From Cyanidioschyzon merolae (Eukaryota), in NCBI GenBank assembly GCA_000091205.1, contig AP006500.2: a stretch of DNA of 64,000 nt, one strand, 5' to 3'. Shown piece by piece: positions 31,051 to 42,063 of this stretch. The translations under genes and the position numbers were made by a program. How positions within the stretch are numbered: position 1 is the stretch's first letter; each line of letters opens with the position of its first letter. The notes below the pieces were generated by a model. The model searched no databases. It was not told the origin of the DNA and saw only the letters and a list, made by a program, of their open reading frames with translations.

Positions 31051-31254
31051 TGCGCGGCGCTGGAGACGAGACCCGAGGAGCAGAGGCGAGCGAGCTTTGT
31101 GGGGCCCCCTCTGAGGCTCGATGTCTACGTCGAGGAAAGTGATACCGAGCGCAGGCGGTCGGTCAAGAAAGGTTGGGCAGCGTCTGCGCGTGGACACGTA
31201 CGTAGATCTTCCATGGCTGCGAAACGTTTGCGTTTACTGTCATGTTTAGTAGAG

Positions 31255-33245
31255 TTTTTTGGTTTGACACGTCGTCTACAGCGACGATAGATCCCAGATT
31301 GCGGGATGGAATCTGGTATTCGGGAAAGCATCGAACATGCAGCACCCTACCTTCAAGCTTTGTAACCCCGAATGCTTCTCGTATATATTGGTAGTTTCGT
31401 ACAGTCTATTGCGCATCGAGTGCCTGCCCTGAGCACCCGCTACAGCGCTTATACCGCTGGTGCGCATGCAGCACAGTAACGGAACGCCTTTGCCATACGA
31501 CTTGGGGCGTCGCCTGGAGGCGAACTGCCCCTGAACCAGGCTCCGGTCTTGTCGCCGCTGCGCGACGCTCTGGAGAAACCAGACAGCAGCTAGGATGAAT
31601 CCTGAGCGCCGCCTCTCACGTTCGCGATGTTGTACGCAAAGCGTTGTCGGTTGGCGACGCGGGCTTTTGCTTGGCATTCACCAGTGAGCAGGTGTGCAAG
31701 GCACCGGGCCTTCCGACGAGAAGGTAGAATGTGAGTTTGCTGGCCGCTACTGAGCGTTGGGGCTCGCTCAGTTACGAGACCGACGCCTCAATCGATACGA
31801 GCGCGGATGGATTGGACGGGCGTATGCGGCCTGTGGGGTGGTCTTGTGCCACAGGCGCTTCCGCTGACGGGTACGCGGTGCGCTCGGAGCTCGGGTGCTC
31901 TGCGCGTTTGTTACGGAGTATTGGGGTCAGCGCTGGACACGTTCAGGTACGGAGTAGGAAAATAAGCATGCATAGGATGGGGGTTTGTTGTCTTGTGCGC
32001 ACACTTGTTTCGGAATGAAGCGGAACGTGTCTATGGAGCCAGGTAGGTTGTGCGCGCTAACGCCTGGGTCTGTTGCTAGTGGTACCAGTACCAGCTTTGG
32101 TGGACCTTTCCAGCGGCGGATTTGTTTGCCGGTCCCTTAGTTTTGGATTTAAATGGGCAGGTCTTTCGTGTTGCTCCAGCTCCGTTGCCGGCAGTCGAAA
32201 GACGGCGAAAGCAGGTCAAGTCCCGAATGGTCTGCTTTGCGTAGTTGACGACACATCCCGTGCACAAGTAGTTGCTGCGGTCGACGATTCGCTTCCCATG
32301 CTCATTTTCCTTGTATGCAGCATCGGTGCGCGAGTCGCAGCAGCAGTACTCGGCTGTGGTCAGGTGTTCTCATATGACCAATAGACTTGTTCCCCGTTTG
32401 AGAGCAGGTCTGTGGCGTACGAACACCTGCTTCGGCGCTCGTTGCGTACCCTTCACGGGCACCGAAGGCGTCAGTCGGTACCCGCTTCCATCAGCGAGCC
32501 CGGTGCCGTAGCCGCCGATCACTGGCCTCCGCTGGGGTATCCCGTCGACGAGTACGGTGACCGTTGCAAACGCGTACCCTGTTGCCTTCCATAGAGGATT
32601 TGTGGAACGCGATGTTCCATATAATGAAACGAGGAACGGAAGAAGAATCAAGGCCGGAGAACAAGTTGAGGAAACTCGATCCGTCTTGGCTTCTTTCATG
32701 CAGCGCAGTGAAGCATTCTTTATTGGAATCGATTGCTGGGATGGCTCAAGTCCGAGTCCAAGACCTTCGTCTGCGCAGGATTGAGGACACGACGCGGGCC
32801 CTGCTGGAGGTTATCGCGTAACAGGCATCACGCTACAGTCGAGACCAGTTTCGCCGATGACCCTGCAGCCAATACGTATTTCTCTTTCGAGCACGAATCG
32901 GCTACTTGACTTGAGACGTCCACTGAGCATTCGGATGGAGCCTGTAACCAAGTCCTCTGTGGACAAGGTCCAGTTTCTCGCCTCGTGAACAGCGCTGTGC
33001 GAATCGCTGGGCGCACCTGACGCTTTGAAACACAAAAGATCCAAAACTTGATGCGTCCTTGATCCGAGCATGCTACTCGCACGGAAAGGCCAAGAGTGAA
33101 TGCTCCTACGCATGGTTTTGAGAATGATATCCGTTATTTTAGAATTCCGTGTTTGAATGCGTTGCGAATTGACTTGCTTTCCGTAACGCAACGAATACCA
33201 GCCGCAAAGCGTCGAGGGATCCCGCTTCGAAATGACGGCCAAGGC
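31255..33245 (+). repeat. Dispersed repeat family, full-length copy A (about 1.99 kb), unclassified, no transposase/RT
   Basis: About 97-98% identical, in inverted orientation, to 48372..50362. The same small ORFs recur in the paired copies: 31276..31677/49945..50268, 31731..32018/49604..49891, 32073..32384/49238..49558, 32370..32699/48923..49252 and 32811..33341/48380..48811. The boundaries are defined by where similarity to copy B begins and ends. Confidence 0.85.
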
Positions 33246-33434
33246 CCCTAAACAGTACGTTTCAATCAGCAGGCCCCTAGAGATGCGCTGCGAATATCGT
33301 GACTGTATATCTGGGATGCTTTTCGGAGAAAAAAATCGCAAGCCACGAGCAGAGCCAGCAGTTCATTGTTCCATTTTTATTTGTAACCGGTGTAAGGCGT
33401 TGTGCATCTCGATCAAATCAGGGTGCAGGGGTGC

Positions 33435-35891
33435 TCACTCGGGTGTCATGTGCCAGTCCTCATGCCAACGCGTGTTCCAGAGACGTAACGTTTGGTCGGC
33501 GGCACCGCTCACGAGGCCGTATTCACTCAGTGCGAGGCAATTGACGGCGCCGGTGTGGCCGAAAAACGCCCGACGTAGCATGGACGGACGACCTTGTGCG
33601 GGTTCCAGCAGCTGATGCATATCGTAGGCGCGAACGACTTGGTCCGCGCACCCGACATAGAGACGATCGCGGTCGAAGCGAAGCGCATTGATGCTGGAGC
33701 CAGTCTCGAGCACTTGGCGGCATTTGGCTGTTCGCAAATCCCACACTCGCACACACTCATCGCTGCTACCCGTGATCAAACGACTCTCATCGAACTGGAG
33801 ACAGGTGACAGAGGCCTGGGTTGCCTCACCGTCCCCAGACTGCGTCACTGGCAATGTGCGGTGGCAACGTCCGGTTCGCATGTCCCACATTTTGACAGTA
33901 CCGTCAGCACTTGCCGTGGCGAGCCCGTAGCGCCAAAACTGCAGTGCAGTGATGCCAGCCTCGTGTCCTTCCATGCGCAGGACGCGAGCGCGAGTTTCCA
34001 AGTCCCAACAGCAGAGCGTTCGATCGGTCGAACCAGTGATAACACGAGCATCATCCATTTGAATAGCCATGATAGCACCACGATGACCTCCAGCGAATAC
34101 GTGCAGACATCGGTGACGTCGTGTGTGCGGCAGAGAAGTCAGCGGCGACGAAGCGCTTTCCTCGGCGTCGTATAGTTTCCACAGACGAGCGGTGCGGTCC
34201 GCAGATCCCGACACCAACAGTGTGCCTGTTGGATGGATATCGAGGGCGTGTACCCAGCCCTCGTGGCCGTGCAGAGTGTCCTTCCGCGATCCAAACGGAT
34301 CCTTTGAGTCCACAAAAGACTCATCCAAAGACATGCAGACTGAAAGATCCCAGATGCGCAGCGTGCGATCAGCAGACGCAGAAACAATGATATCTGCTTC
34401 CTCGTGCACATCAGCAGCGAGCACCTGGCCAGTGTGCCCGTAAAGCGTACGAATGCAGAGGCGAGGGGTCAGGGAGTCGCGTTCGGAGCCCCGGGCGCCG
34501 CTGCTACTGTGGCGGCTTTCATTGGCAACGGCTCCGAGACGTGCTCCGGTCGGCATGTCCGCTGCTGCTTCGTCGGAGCTCTGTGGAGGATTCTCCGTTT
34601 TGAGCTCGGGAGGCGCACTCGTTGCACTGGGTAGGAAACTCGATCGACCGCGCCGCTCTTTGAGCGCTCGCTCCACCGCCTGAGCGACACCCGAGCCCTT
34701 GAGTTGCCGGATACGCTCCTCGAATGCAACGCTTTCAGAGCCAATAACGGTAACCTTCTCGTCCAAATTTCCAAGAAGTAGACGACTCAGTTCATCTCGC
34801 TCGCCCAGACTCTCCAGTTTCTCTTCCAAGGCATGTTTCTTGGTCAAAAGCTCTGCGAGCGCGGCCTCAACTTCCCGCAAGTCTTGAACGGTAGCGGCGC
34901 GCGCACGATAACATTTTTCGGACTCTCGAATGAGGTACTCTCGATCCGCTTGAAGCTCCAGATATAACCTCGCGATGTTTTCCAGAGACACAATATGCAT
35001 GTTTGGCGACATGCGCATAAGCCGTCTCTGTAACGGCGATGGCGCAGCGAGTGGCCCTTGATGACGATCGCTTTCCTCTGGTGCATTTTCCAATAAACCT
35101 CGGACTTTCTCTTCGGTCACATGCGGAGGCACATCGCTGGCTCCTTGCGACTGCAGAATGCGCGTCAGTGGCGATACCTGATCGTCTTTGGTTGAGGCAA
35201 GGTTTTTCGCCGCACCGAGCCAACCAGGCGAATCGGCTTCTTCATCCTGGTGGCCGAACGGAGATGCCGGTTCGACTGAGCTCGCGCCGTCCGCACCGAT
35301 AAGCGTGGACGCAGCCTGTCGGTCACTGCGTCCGTCTCTGTCAGGTGCTTCACTGACCTGCTCGTCTGAGTGGTCGATACCAGCGTGTGCACCCTGCGGC
35401 GTCCGCGTATTATGAACGGCATTTTTCACCGCCAGTGCCCTGTCCGCGTTTCTGCCAAGAGGCTCCCGAGTCGCCCCGGGACGTAGACGCGCCGCCCCGC
35501 GCTCTGGAGGCTTGCCCTCGTTCGCAGACGGCTCGACGCTTCCACGAAACTTCTGAAAAGCAGCTACTGGATCCAGTGCCTGGAGGTTCTCAGACTGTTG
35601 GTTGGTCCGCTCCCGTAGGGGCCTACTTGTGCCCTCACCTGGCCCATGGACCTTGTTCCGGGTCACAGTTGCTGCTACTTTCTTATCTTCTTTGGTCGCT
35701 TGCTTCGACTTGGTGCGCGCCCGAGTCCCTTCGGCACGAGCAGCGCTGTTCGTCCAAATACCCATCCCAGAAAGAGCCTCAAACATTTCAAAGGGAACGC
35801 TAATCGCGCAGTGCAGATAAAGCACGCCGAGCACTACCCCAAGAACAGGGAACGGTTCTGGGGTTCCGCGAGTCCCACCGCCAGCCCCCAT
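33435..35891 (-). CDS. WD40-repeat protein with N-terminal coiled-coil (striatin-like architecture)
   Basis: The six-frame ORF runs 33435..36119, but its first 76 aa are encoded by or adjacent to the 61-bp tandem repeat. The probable start is Met77 (MGAGGGT..., nt 35891). There is a central coiled-coil (IARLYLELQADREYLIRESEKCYRARAATVQDLREVEAALAELLTKKHALEEKLESL). C-terminal WD40 repeats are present (LHGHEGWVHALDIHPTGTLLVSGSADRTARLWKL, ITGSTDRTLCCWDL, ATASADGTVKMWDM, ITGSSDECVRVWDL, VSGAADQTLRLWN). Confidence 0.7.
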   Translation of the reverse strand: MGAGGGTRGTPEPFPVLGVVLGVLYLHCAISVPFEMFEALSGMGIWTNSAARAEGTRARTKSKQATKEDKKVAATVTRNKVHGPGEGTSRPLRERTNQQSENLQALDPVAAFQKFRGSVEPSANEGKPPERGAARLRPGATREPLGRNADRALAVKNAVHNTRTPQGAHAGIDHSDEQVSEAPDRDGRSDRQAASTLIGADGASSVEPASPFGHQDEEADSPGWLGAAKNLASTKDDQVSPLTRILQSQGASDVPPHVTEEKVRGLLENAPEESDRHQGPLAAPSPLQRRLMRMSPNMHIVSLENIARLYLELQADREYLIRESEKCYRARAATVQDLREVEAALAELLTKKHALEEKLESLGERDELSRLLLGNLDEKVTVIGSESVAFEERIRQLKGSGVAQAVERALKERRGRSSFLPSATSAPPELKTENPPQSSDEAAADMPTGARLGAVANESRHSSSGARGSERDSLTPRLCIRTLYGHTGQVLAADVHEEADIIVSASADRTLRIWDLSVCMSLDESFVDSKDPFGSRKDTLHGHEGWVHALDIHPTGTLLVSGSADRTARLWKLYDAEESASSPLTSLPHTRRHRCLHVFAGGHRGAIMAIQMDDARVITGSTDRTLCCWDLETRARVLRMEGHEAGITALQFWRYGLATASADGTVKMWDMRTGRCHRTLPVTQSGDGEATQASVTCLQFDESRLITGSSDECVRVWDLRTAKCRQVLETGSSINALRFDRDRLYVGCADQVVRAYDMHQLLEPAQGRPSMLRRAFFGHTGAVNCLALSEYGLVSGAADQTLRLWNTRWHEDWHMTPE

Positions 35892-36070
35892 TTCAAATTG
35901 CCGCACCTGGGCGACGCGCCACCCCGGAGGCGCATCCCGAGCGCGCCATCCGCGACTGACGGCAGCGCAGCGATCGATGCGCTCGCGGCTCCGGAGCGGA
36001 GAGCGCTGGTGCGCGTGCGCTGCCTCGGGGCATCCTCCCTGGACGAGTGAGGCACCCGCGGTACCTTGTC

Positions 36071-36320
36071 GGCGATTTGTAGAGCTGCATAGGCCGACGC
36101 GCATACAGCAGCTTCTCACTCGATATTTGGTGGCGATTTGTAGAGCTGCATAAGCCGACGCGCATACAGCAGCTTCTCACTCGATATTTGGTGGCGATTT
36201 GTAGAGCTGCATAAGCCGACGCGCATACAGCAGCTTCTCAGTCGATATTTGGTGGCGATTTGTAGAGCTGCATAAGCCGACGCGCATACAGCAGCTTCTC
36301 AGTCGATATTTGGTGGCTGA
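36071..36320. repeat. Tandem repeat, 61-bp unit x about 4.2 (ggcgatttgtagagctgcataagccgacgcgcatacagcagcttctcactcgatatttggt)
   Basis: Four near-perfect units at 36071, 36132, 36193 and 36254, followed by a partial unit. It lies immediately 5' of the WD40 gene. Each unit encodes MRSCCMRVGLCSSTNR in the gene frame, which artificially extends the ORF. Confidence 0.9.
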
Positions 36321-37812
36321 TGGCGACCAGCTGGACGCTCCAAACAGCATCGTAAGCAGGGCTTTATCCGAAGAGTACTTGCAACGCTTCTCGGTTGTGC
36401 GCAGCGCGCGCCAGTGATCACCAGGTTTGGTGCTTTTCCAGAAGGCATTAATCGGGGTTGAGCAAACCCATTGCCATAGAGGCAGCGCATGTGCAAATGT
36501 TTTTTGAGATCCTGTACTTGAGATGAGCACCCGCTTGCGTAGGCTTCCCCGAGTCTGCTGATCTATTCGGACCTGATTCATGTGTAGCGCTGGGAGCGCC
36601 ACTGCAATGCTGTGTATTTTTACTAGTTCGCGTCCGGGTGCGCGCAGGTTTATCTCCGAAACAGCCGTGCGGCGTCGGAGATCCCGTCCCAGTTTCTCGC
36701 TAGCTGCGCTGGTCCAGCTAGCTGACTTGAAGTCAACGAACGCTTGCGACTGGCCGTTCATTTTGGGGATCGTTCCGCTCGTTGAGAAGCCCGCACAAAC
36801 ACTGTCTACGACCTCGTCAGAGACTGGAATGAACCCATCAGTTGAGAGCCGGGATTGCTCAATATCTCCGCATTTATCACACAAACCGAATGACAGGGTC
36901 TCCGCCTGTGATCGTCCTCATCCCTCACGATCAAGAATAGAGGCAGTGTGCTTCCGGTCGCGAAAATGAGGTGCAACTGGATTCCACGGCCGACGCACCG
37001 AAGCATGTGCATCGTCGGCAGCGCGATGCCTCACATGCCATAGCTCTGGAGCGTTCGACTCGCCACGTGAATCACCAAGCGATGCAGAAAATAGTATTGC
37101 AGGCGTCAGCAGGCAAGACGATTGGTGCCGATTACTTGGGATCAACAACGCATTCGTCGCGACAGCGCGAATGCATCGCAAAGAATAAACGCTTTATGGC
37201 CCGGAAGCGTATTCTTTAGCGCACTCGGCCGGAAACGCCTGACGGTTGCATCCCCCGAAGACGCTCGTACGCACCTCTCCGCTCTAATAGTCTCAGTGCA
37301 CGCATGAGCGGCTTCGAAACGCGAACTGACGTGCCCCGAACGGGGCTGGCGTTAGCGCACCCCCATCTTACGGATTGATGCATACCAGTCCAGGGCGAGA
37401 AACATTTCAAAGGCAACGCAAAAGAACCTAGAGCGAACAGAGGACAGCTATCCGCATTGTGCGCTGTGAACTTGTACAGCGCTCCACCTCATCCAGTCCA
37501 GTGGCGGGAACACAGGAGAAAACGAGCCACCAATCCTCTTTGATATGTCCCATTTTTATCACCAAGTGTACCCATTCGCACCGTCGAACAGGGACTTGCC
37601 TTTGTCGCTCGAGAGCACACTGCTCATTCTCGAGGGTGCTGCGTGGAGACACAACCCCCATTGCTTCCGAGAAGAGAGGTCTCGAGGTGAGCATCTGCGC
37701 AATGGATTGTTCTCGTTCGTCGCGTATGTACTCGACCTGTTCGGTGCTTGCCGAGGAGCATTCGAGCATCGAGAAGCCCTGCGGTCGCAGACAATCCGGC
37801 ACATCAGTAGTG

Positions 37813-38517
37813 TCACAAGGATTCTCGCTTCGACTCAAATAGTTCCCGCACAACAGTGTCCACAATCGCATCGAGTCGATCTCTGGTGATCCACTGGTCA
37901 CTCTGTGCTTGGAGTATCTGTGCAAGGCGCATACGCTTCAGCTGCGTCAACCGCAACTCGACATGCTTTCGCATTATTGCTCGGGAGCGTTCCGCATCTC
38001 GCAGTGCTTGCGTTGATGCTGTTCCTTCGTCCGCGCGACGCAGTTCCTTCTCAACCGCTCGGCGTGCCAGTGTCACATAGCCCAGGCCAAACTCGTCACA
38101 GTACGCATCAAGCTGAACGGGATCGATCACGACAACCGGAGCAGCGTCCGGTGAGGGTTTAATCGGCTTCACCTCCTTCCGTAGCCGCTCCTTCAGGGTC
38201 TCCAGCTTTCGATGGTGCTCGGCTGCTTCTCGTCGTTGTTGCTGCTGCGCAGCCTCCACGCGAGCCTTCCGTGCACGTTCGATGTCCGCGCGCTCGAGTT
38301 CGTAGGCTTCACGGAACTGGCGGCGCAGTGTGTGGAGCGTTTTCTCGTATTCACGCCTCTCTCGAACAAACGGTGTGTCGGTACCGTACAACCGGAAGAA
38401 CACCCGCCGCGTCACCTCCTCTGTACGCCGTCGCAGAACGTAGGATGGAAGCGACATGGAACGGGGCAGCACGTTGCCTACGCACGCAATAGCCTCGGCT
38501 GCTATAAACGACAACAA
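37813..38517 (-). CDS. Arg/Glu-rich coiled-coil protein, uncharacterised (possibly a mitoribosomal mS26/mL64-like protein; speculative)
   Basis: 234-aa ORF with a long charged heptad region: REYEKTLHTLRRQFREAYELERADIERARKARVEAAQQQQRREAAEHHRKLETLKERLRKE. No diagnostic motif was recognised. Confidence 0.4.
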   Translation of the reverse strand: MLSFIAAEAIACVGNVLPRSMSLPSYVLRRRTEEVTRRVFFRLYGTDTPFVRERREYEKTLHTLRRQFREAYELERADIERARKARVEAAQQQQRREAAEHHRKLETLKERLRKEVKPIKPSPDAAPVVVIDPVQLDAYCDEFGLGYVTLARRAVEKELRRADEGTASTQALRDAERSRAIMRKHVELRLTQLKRMRLAQILQAQSDQWITRDRLDAIVDTVVRELFESKRESL

Positions 38518-38719
38518 CTCGATCCAGCACCAATAAACGCCTCCGTGCAGCGGCAGTGCAGTCGTTCACTGCGGTCGACACGGCAGGAACGCTGGTGAGC
38601 GTCCAACAACAACCGAACGTACCCTGTACCGATTCCCTTAAGCGCAGCGTACGCTGCGCGATCGTGGTGTCGGGGCGTAGCGCGCCGCAGGCGTGAAGCC
38701 TGCAACAGCACCCCCTTGC

Positions 38720-39075
38720 AAACGTTTTGTCTGCGAGGTGCAGCGCAAACTAGCAAAGCTAAATCGGTTCGAAGAAGCCTCTGGTGAAGGTGGGAAGGTT
38801 CCCCTATCGTAAGCGTCTTGTTTGCGAGGTGCAGCGCAAACTAGCAAATCTAATTCGCTCAGAGGAAGCCTCTGGTGAAGCTGGGAACCTATCCCCTATC
38901 GTAAGCCTCTTTTCCACAAGGTGCTACGCAAACAGGCAAGGCTGAACCGCTTCGAGGAAGCTTTTCGTGAAGGTGGGAACCTTTCCCTGTCATAAGCGTC
39001 TTTTCTACAAGGTGGTACGCAAACAACCAAAGCGACGTAACTTCGAGGAAGCTTCTCTCAAACGAACCGCTTTTC
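38720..39075. repeat. Imperfect tandem repeat, about 90-bp unit x4, in the divergent promoter region directly upstream of NDUFV2
   Basis: Four units, each containing ...gcgaggtgcagcgcaaactagcaaa...gaagcctctggtgaaggtgggaa...cctatcgtaagc.... Divergence increases toward the 39077 start codon. Confidence 0.8.
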
Positions 39076-39076
39076 A

Positions 39077-39826
39077 ATGGCGCCGTTTCCCCGAGTGGGA
39101 GCTCTAGGCATAGTTCGCCAGTGGTTTTCCCACGTGAGGCGTGGATCAGGCGGCTACTTCGAATGGAACCCGCGCCGAGCGCTTGCTGGCCGGAGTAACG
39201 TTCACCGAGACTCGGAGGGCAATAGCGAGTTTACAACATTTGACTTCAGTGAGGATAACTACAAAAAGATTGCTGAAATCCTCAAACGATATCCGGTGAA
39301 CTACAAACAATCCGCTGTGATTCCGGTGCTCGATCTCGCACAGCGCGAGTGCGGTGGCTGGCTGCCGCTGGCTGCCATGAACAAGGTTGCCCAGGTGCTG
39401 GGAATGCAGCCGATGCGCGTCTACGAGATAGCGACCTTCTACACGATGTTCAACACTGTTCCGATTGGCAAATACAATGTTCAGGTTTGTACAACGACGC
39501 CCTGCATGCTCCGTGGGGCATACGATATTCTTCGCGCCTGCGAGGAGGAGTCCGGCGCCCGTGCTGGTGGCGACTCTCCGGATGGCCTGTTCCATATCAT
39601 GGAGGTCGAGTGCCTCGGTGCATGCGCTAACGCTCCAATGATGCAGATCAACGATGACTACTACGAAGACCTGACGCCCCAGAGTGCAAAAGCCGTTCTC
39701 AAAAGCTTTCGCGACGGCAACCCGTTGAAGCCGGGGCCGCAAGTCGCGCGGAAGAGTAGCATGGGTATTCAGGGGAAAACGACGCTGCTCGAGGAGCCCC
39801 CGGGGCCCTCGTGCCGCGATTTGTGA
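39077..39826 (+). CDS. NDUFV2: NADH dehydrogenase [ubiquinone] flavoprotein 2 (24-kDa subunit of complex I, NuoE/NDUFV2), mitochondrial precursor
   Basis: FSEDNYKKIAEILKRYP..YKQSAVIPVLDLAQRECGGWLPLAAMNKVAQVLGMQPMRVYEIATFYTMFN...CTTTPCMLRGAYDILRACEEE...LFHIMEVECLGACANAPMMQINDDYYEDLTP shows the full 2Fe-2S thioredoxin-like fold signature, including the four Cys. It has an N-terminal presequence. Confidence 0.85.
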   Translation: MAPFPRVGALGIVRQWFSHVRRGSGGYFEWNPRRALAGRSNVHRDSEGNSEFTTFDFSEDNYKKIAEILKRYPVNYKQSAVIPVLDLAQRECGGWLPLAAMNKVAQVLGMQPMRVYEIATFYTMFNTVPIGKYNVQVCTTTPCMLRGAYDILRACEEESGARAGGDSPDGLFHIMEVECLGACANAPMMQINDDYYEDLTPQSAKAVLKSFRDGNPLKPGPQVARKSSMGIQGKTTLLEEPPGPSCRDL

Positions 39827-41371
39827 TGCGCATGTACCATGGAGGCTGTTCTTTTCGGCAAACGTTGGATGCTGGTCGGGTATCGATATGGTGTACCCGA
39901 CGGCGGGTGTCGAGTCTTGATGTCAGCGCTTGGCGCCAGAGAGGCGTGTAGCAGAGCGCACGTCCGCATCAGCGCGACGAAAAGCACTGAAATCCTGTCG
40001 GTGACGAGGGATGCATCCTGAGCGACGCTAACATTGCCTCGTTCAAGTGTGGTACAGCGAGCACTGTTTCCATCTGCTTGGACGCATATAGCTACTGTGG
40101 TTCGCGCAAGCGTCGTCGCAAATATTTGTATCCCTAATCATTAAAGATCGAGAAACGGGTACCCGCTGAGAAGCCTGGACCCCAAACCGAGTCATCTTGC
40201 CGCTCAACGAGGGCGATAAGTTGCCGCCGCTCGCCACCCAGCGCATTCCATGAAATCATGCGAACTGGATACCGGGGACGAAGCGGCCGCAGCCTCGTGC
40301 TTTCAGTTGCGTTCGTGCCCGCGAGCGCCACATCCAGTGCATTGCCCATTCGGAGGCCGACGCACCTGCCATCGTCCTGGTTGCCCGTGCACGTCTGCGG
40401 TAATATAGAGGCCGTGTCATGCCTGTTATTGTTTCCGTGCGCGCTGCTTGACAGCCAGGCCCGATTTGCGCTTTGTCGTATACGGTGGCTGCTGATGGCG
40501 AACCGCGACTTGACCGCGCAACCAGTCTGCGCACAGGGCATGTGGCATGCGTGGCGGCAGTCTGGACTATCCATACGCTCGGATGCATGGCGCTTGTGAA
40601 CATCCCAGGTCCAACGAGGTACGCGCTCATGGTGCCGAACTTGTACGCGACTCTGTGAAAAGCAAATCGGACCTGAGTCCGGGGTTCACGGGTACAGTCC
40701 TTCCGCGGATCAAGGCTCTCGTTGTAGTTTTAGCTGCACTTGCTATCTGGATCATCATGGTAACCGTGTCGGTCCGCGGAGGTCACAGATGCGCTAAACG
40801 CATGCCAGCATAAAATGGAATGGGCGCACTGACCTCACTGCTGCATACGCGCTAATATTGGGCTCTCTCTTTTCCAACTGGTATCGAATCCAGCTTTTGC
40901 GGGGTTTTTCTCTGGAACTGCCTCCACTTTCTCCACCTCACTTCCGGTTTTCGAAAGAACGCGCTCTCTTGTGCTTACTTCCTGGTTGTCAGCAGTCGAA
41001 GCGTGTTGATTGCTGGGCCAAAGTCCCAATATCGGTGTTTTCGGATGCTGTAGACGCATGTCATGCACAGATGAAAGGTGTGATCGGCGCAATGTTCACC
41101 TGCTTTGGAGACAGACTCGGTGCATACTTCAGAGCGGTGACAATCGGCTGTTTTCAGGTGTGACCATGTATCCACCATGCCGTTTCTTCAGCAGGCTGCC
41201 CTGTGGCGCGTGAACGCTTCCGTCATCGCTCGGTACATGCTCTGGACGGCTCCAGGATGCTGCCCGCGATACCCTCTCCGTTTCAGAGCTGGATGAGGTA
41301 CCCTACGATCACAGGCTTCTTCCGGGCGATCCGCTCGGCGAGGTCCCTGTCCACTGCATAAGGAAGCGCAC

Positions 41372-42063
41372 GCTGTTGCCTTCCATAGAGGATTTGTGGA
41401 ACGCGATGTTCCATATAATGAAACGAGGAACGGAAGAAGAATCAAGGCCGGAGAACAAGTTGAGGAAACTCGATCCGTCTTGGCTTCTTTCATGCAGCGC
41501 AGTGAAGCATTCTTTATTGGAATCGATTGCTGGGATGGCTCAAGTCCGAGTCCAAGACCTTCGTCTGCGCAGGATTGAGGACACGACGGGGGCCCTGCTG
41601 GAGCTTATTGCATAACAGGCATCGCACTGCAGTCGAGACCAGTTTCGCCGATGACCCTGCAGCCAATACGTATTTCTCTTTCGAGCACGAATCGGCTTCT
41701 TGACTTGAAACGTTCAGTGAACATTCGGATGGAGCCTCTAAAAAGTCGCCAGGTAACAAAGTCGAGTTGCCTTGAAACCAGAGGATCAAAAACTTGAGGA
41801 ATGCGTGATTCGAGCATGCGACACACGAGGAACTGAGCGGCCCGAAAGCGCATAGCTATGCGTTGCCTAAACCGGTCATTTATTTTAACGAACCCTAGCT
41901 CAGGGGCGTTGCGATTTATGTCGACTCCCGAGACGTAACGAATTCCAGCTTCAGGAGTATCGAACAAATGTGTCCGACACACCATCTGAGGATCCTAAAC
42001 CTCCGTATGAATCCATAAGCCATCAGTACTGCACCTCGAGTCTCGAGGCTGCACATCTGAAAA
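41372..42063 (+). repeat. Dispersed repeat family, 5'-truncated copy C (diverged subfamily)
   Basis: The 5' part matches the copy A core (A about 32579..32940) at high identity. The 3' part is a diverged homologue (about 70%) of the A/B 3' region. It is near-identical to copy D over its length (ORFs 41376..41615/56970..57227, 41514..41789/57126..57401, 41605..41985/57217..57597). Confidence 0.8.

Noticed and set aside
36071-36320. Tandem direct repeats considered as a CRISPR array (also 38720..39075 and 61355..61714)
   Set aside because: The units are contiguous with no unique spacers. The context is eukaryotic nuclear DNA with eukaryote-specific genes, and no cas genes are present.
36177-36884. 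235-aa minus-strand ORF upstream of the 61-bp repeat (MCDKCGDIEQ...)
   Set aside because: No recognisable domain. The C-terminal third is translation of the tandem repeat. It is possibly a real small gene, but there is not enough evidence to call it.
39146-39742. 198-aa minus-strand ORF inside NDUFV2, and similar antisense ORFs elsewhere (29028..29552 in WNK, 7364..8134 and 7932..8444 opposite the 602-aa gene, 22639..23274 opposite TGD3)
   Set aside because: The opposite strands carry strongly supported domain-containing genes. These ORFs are GC-rich antisense artefacts.
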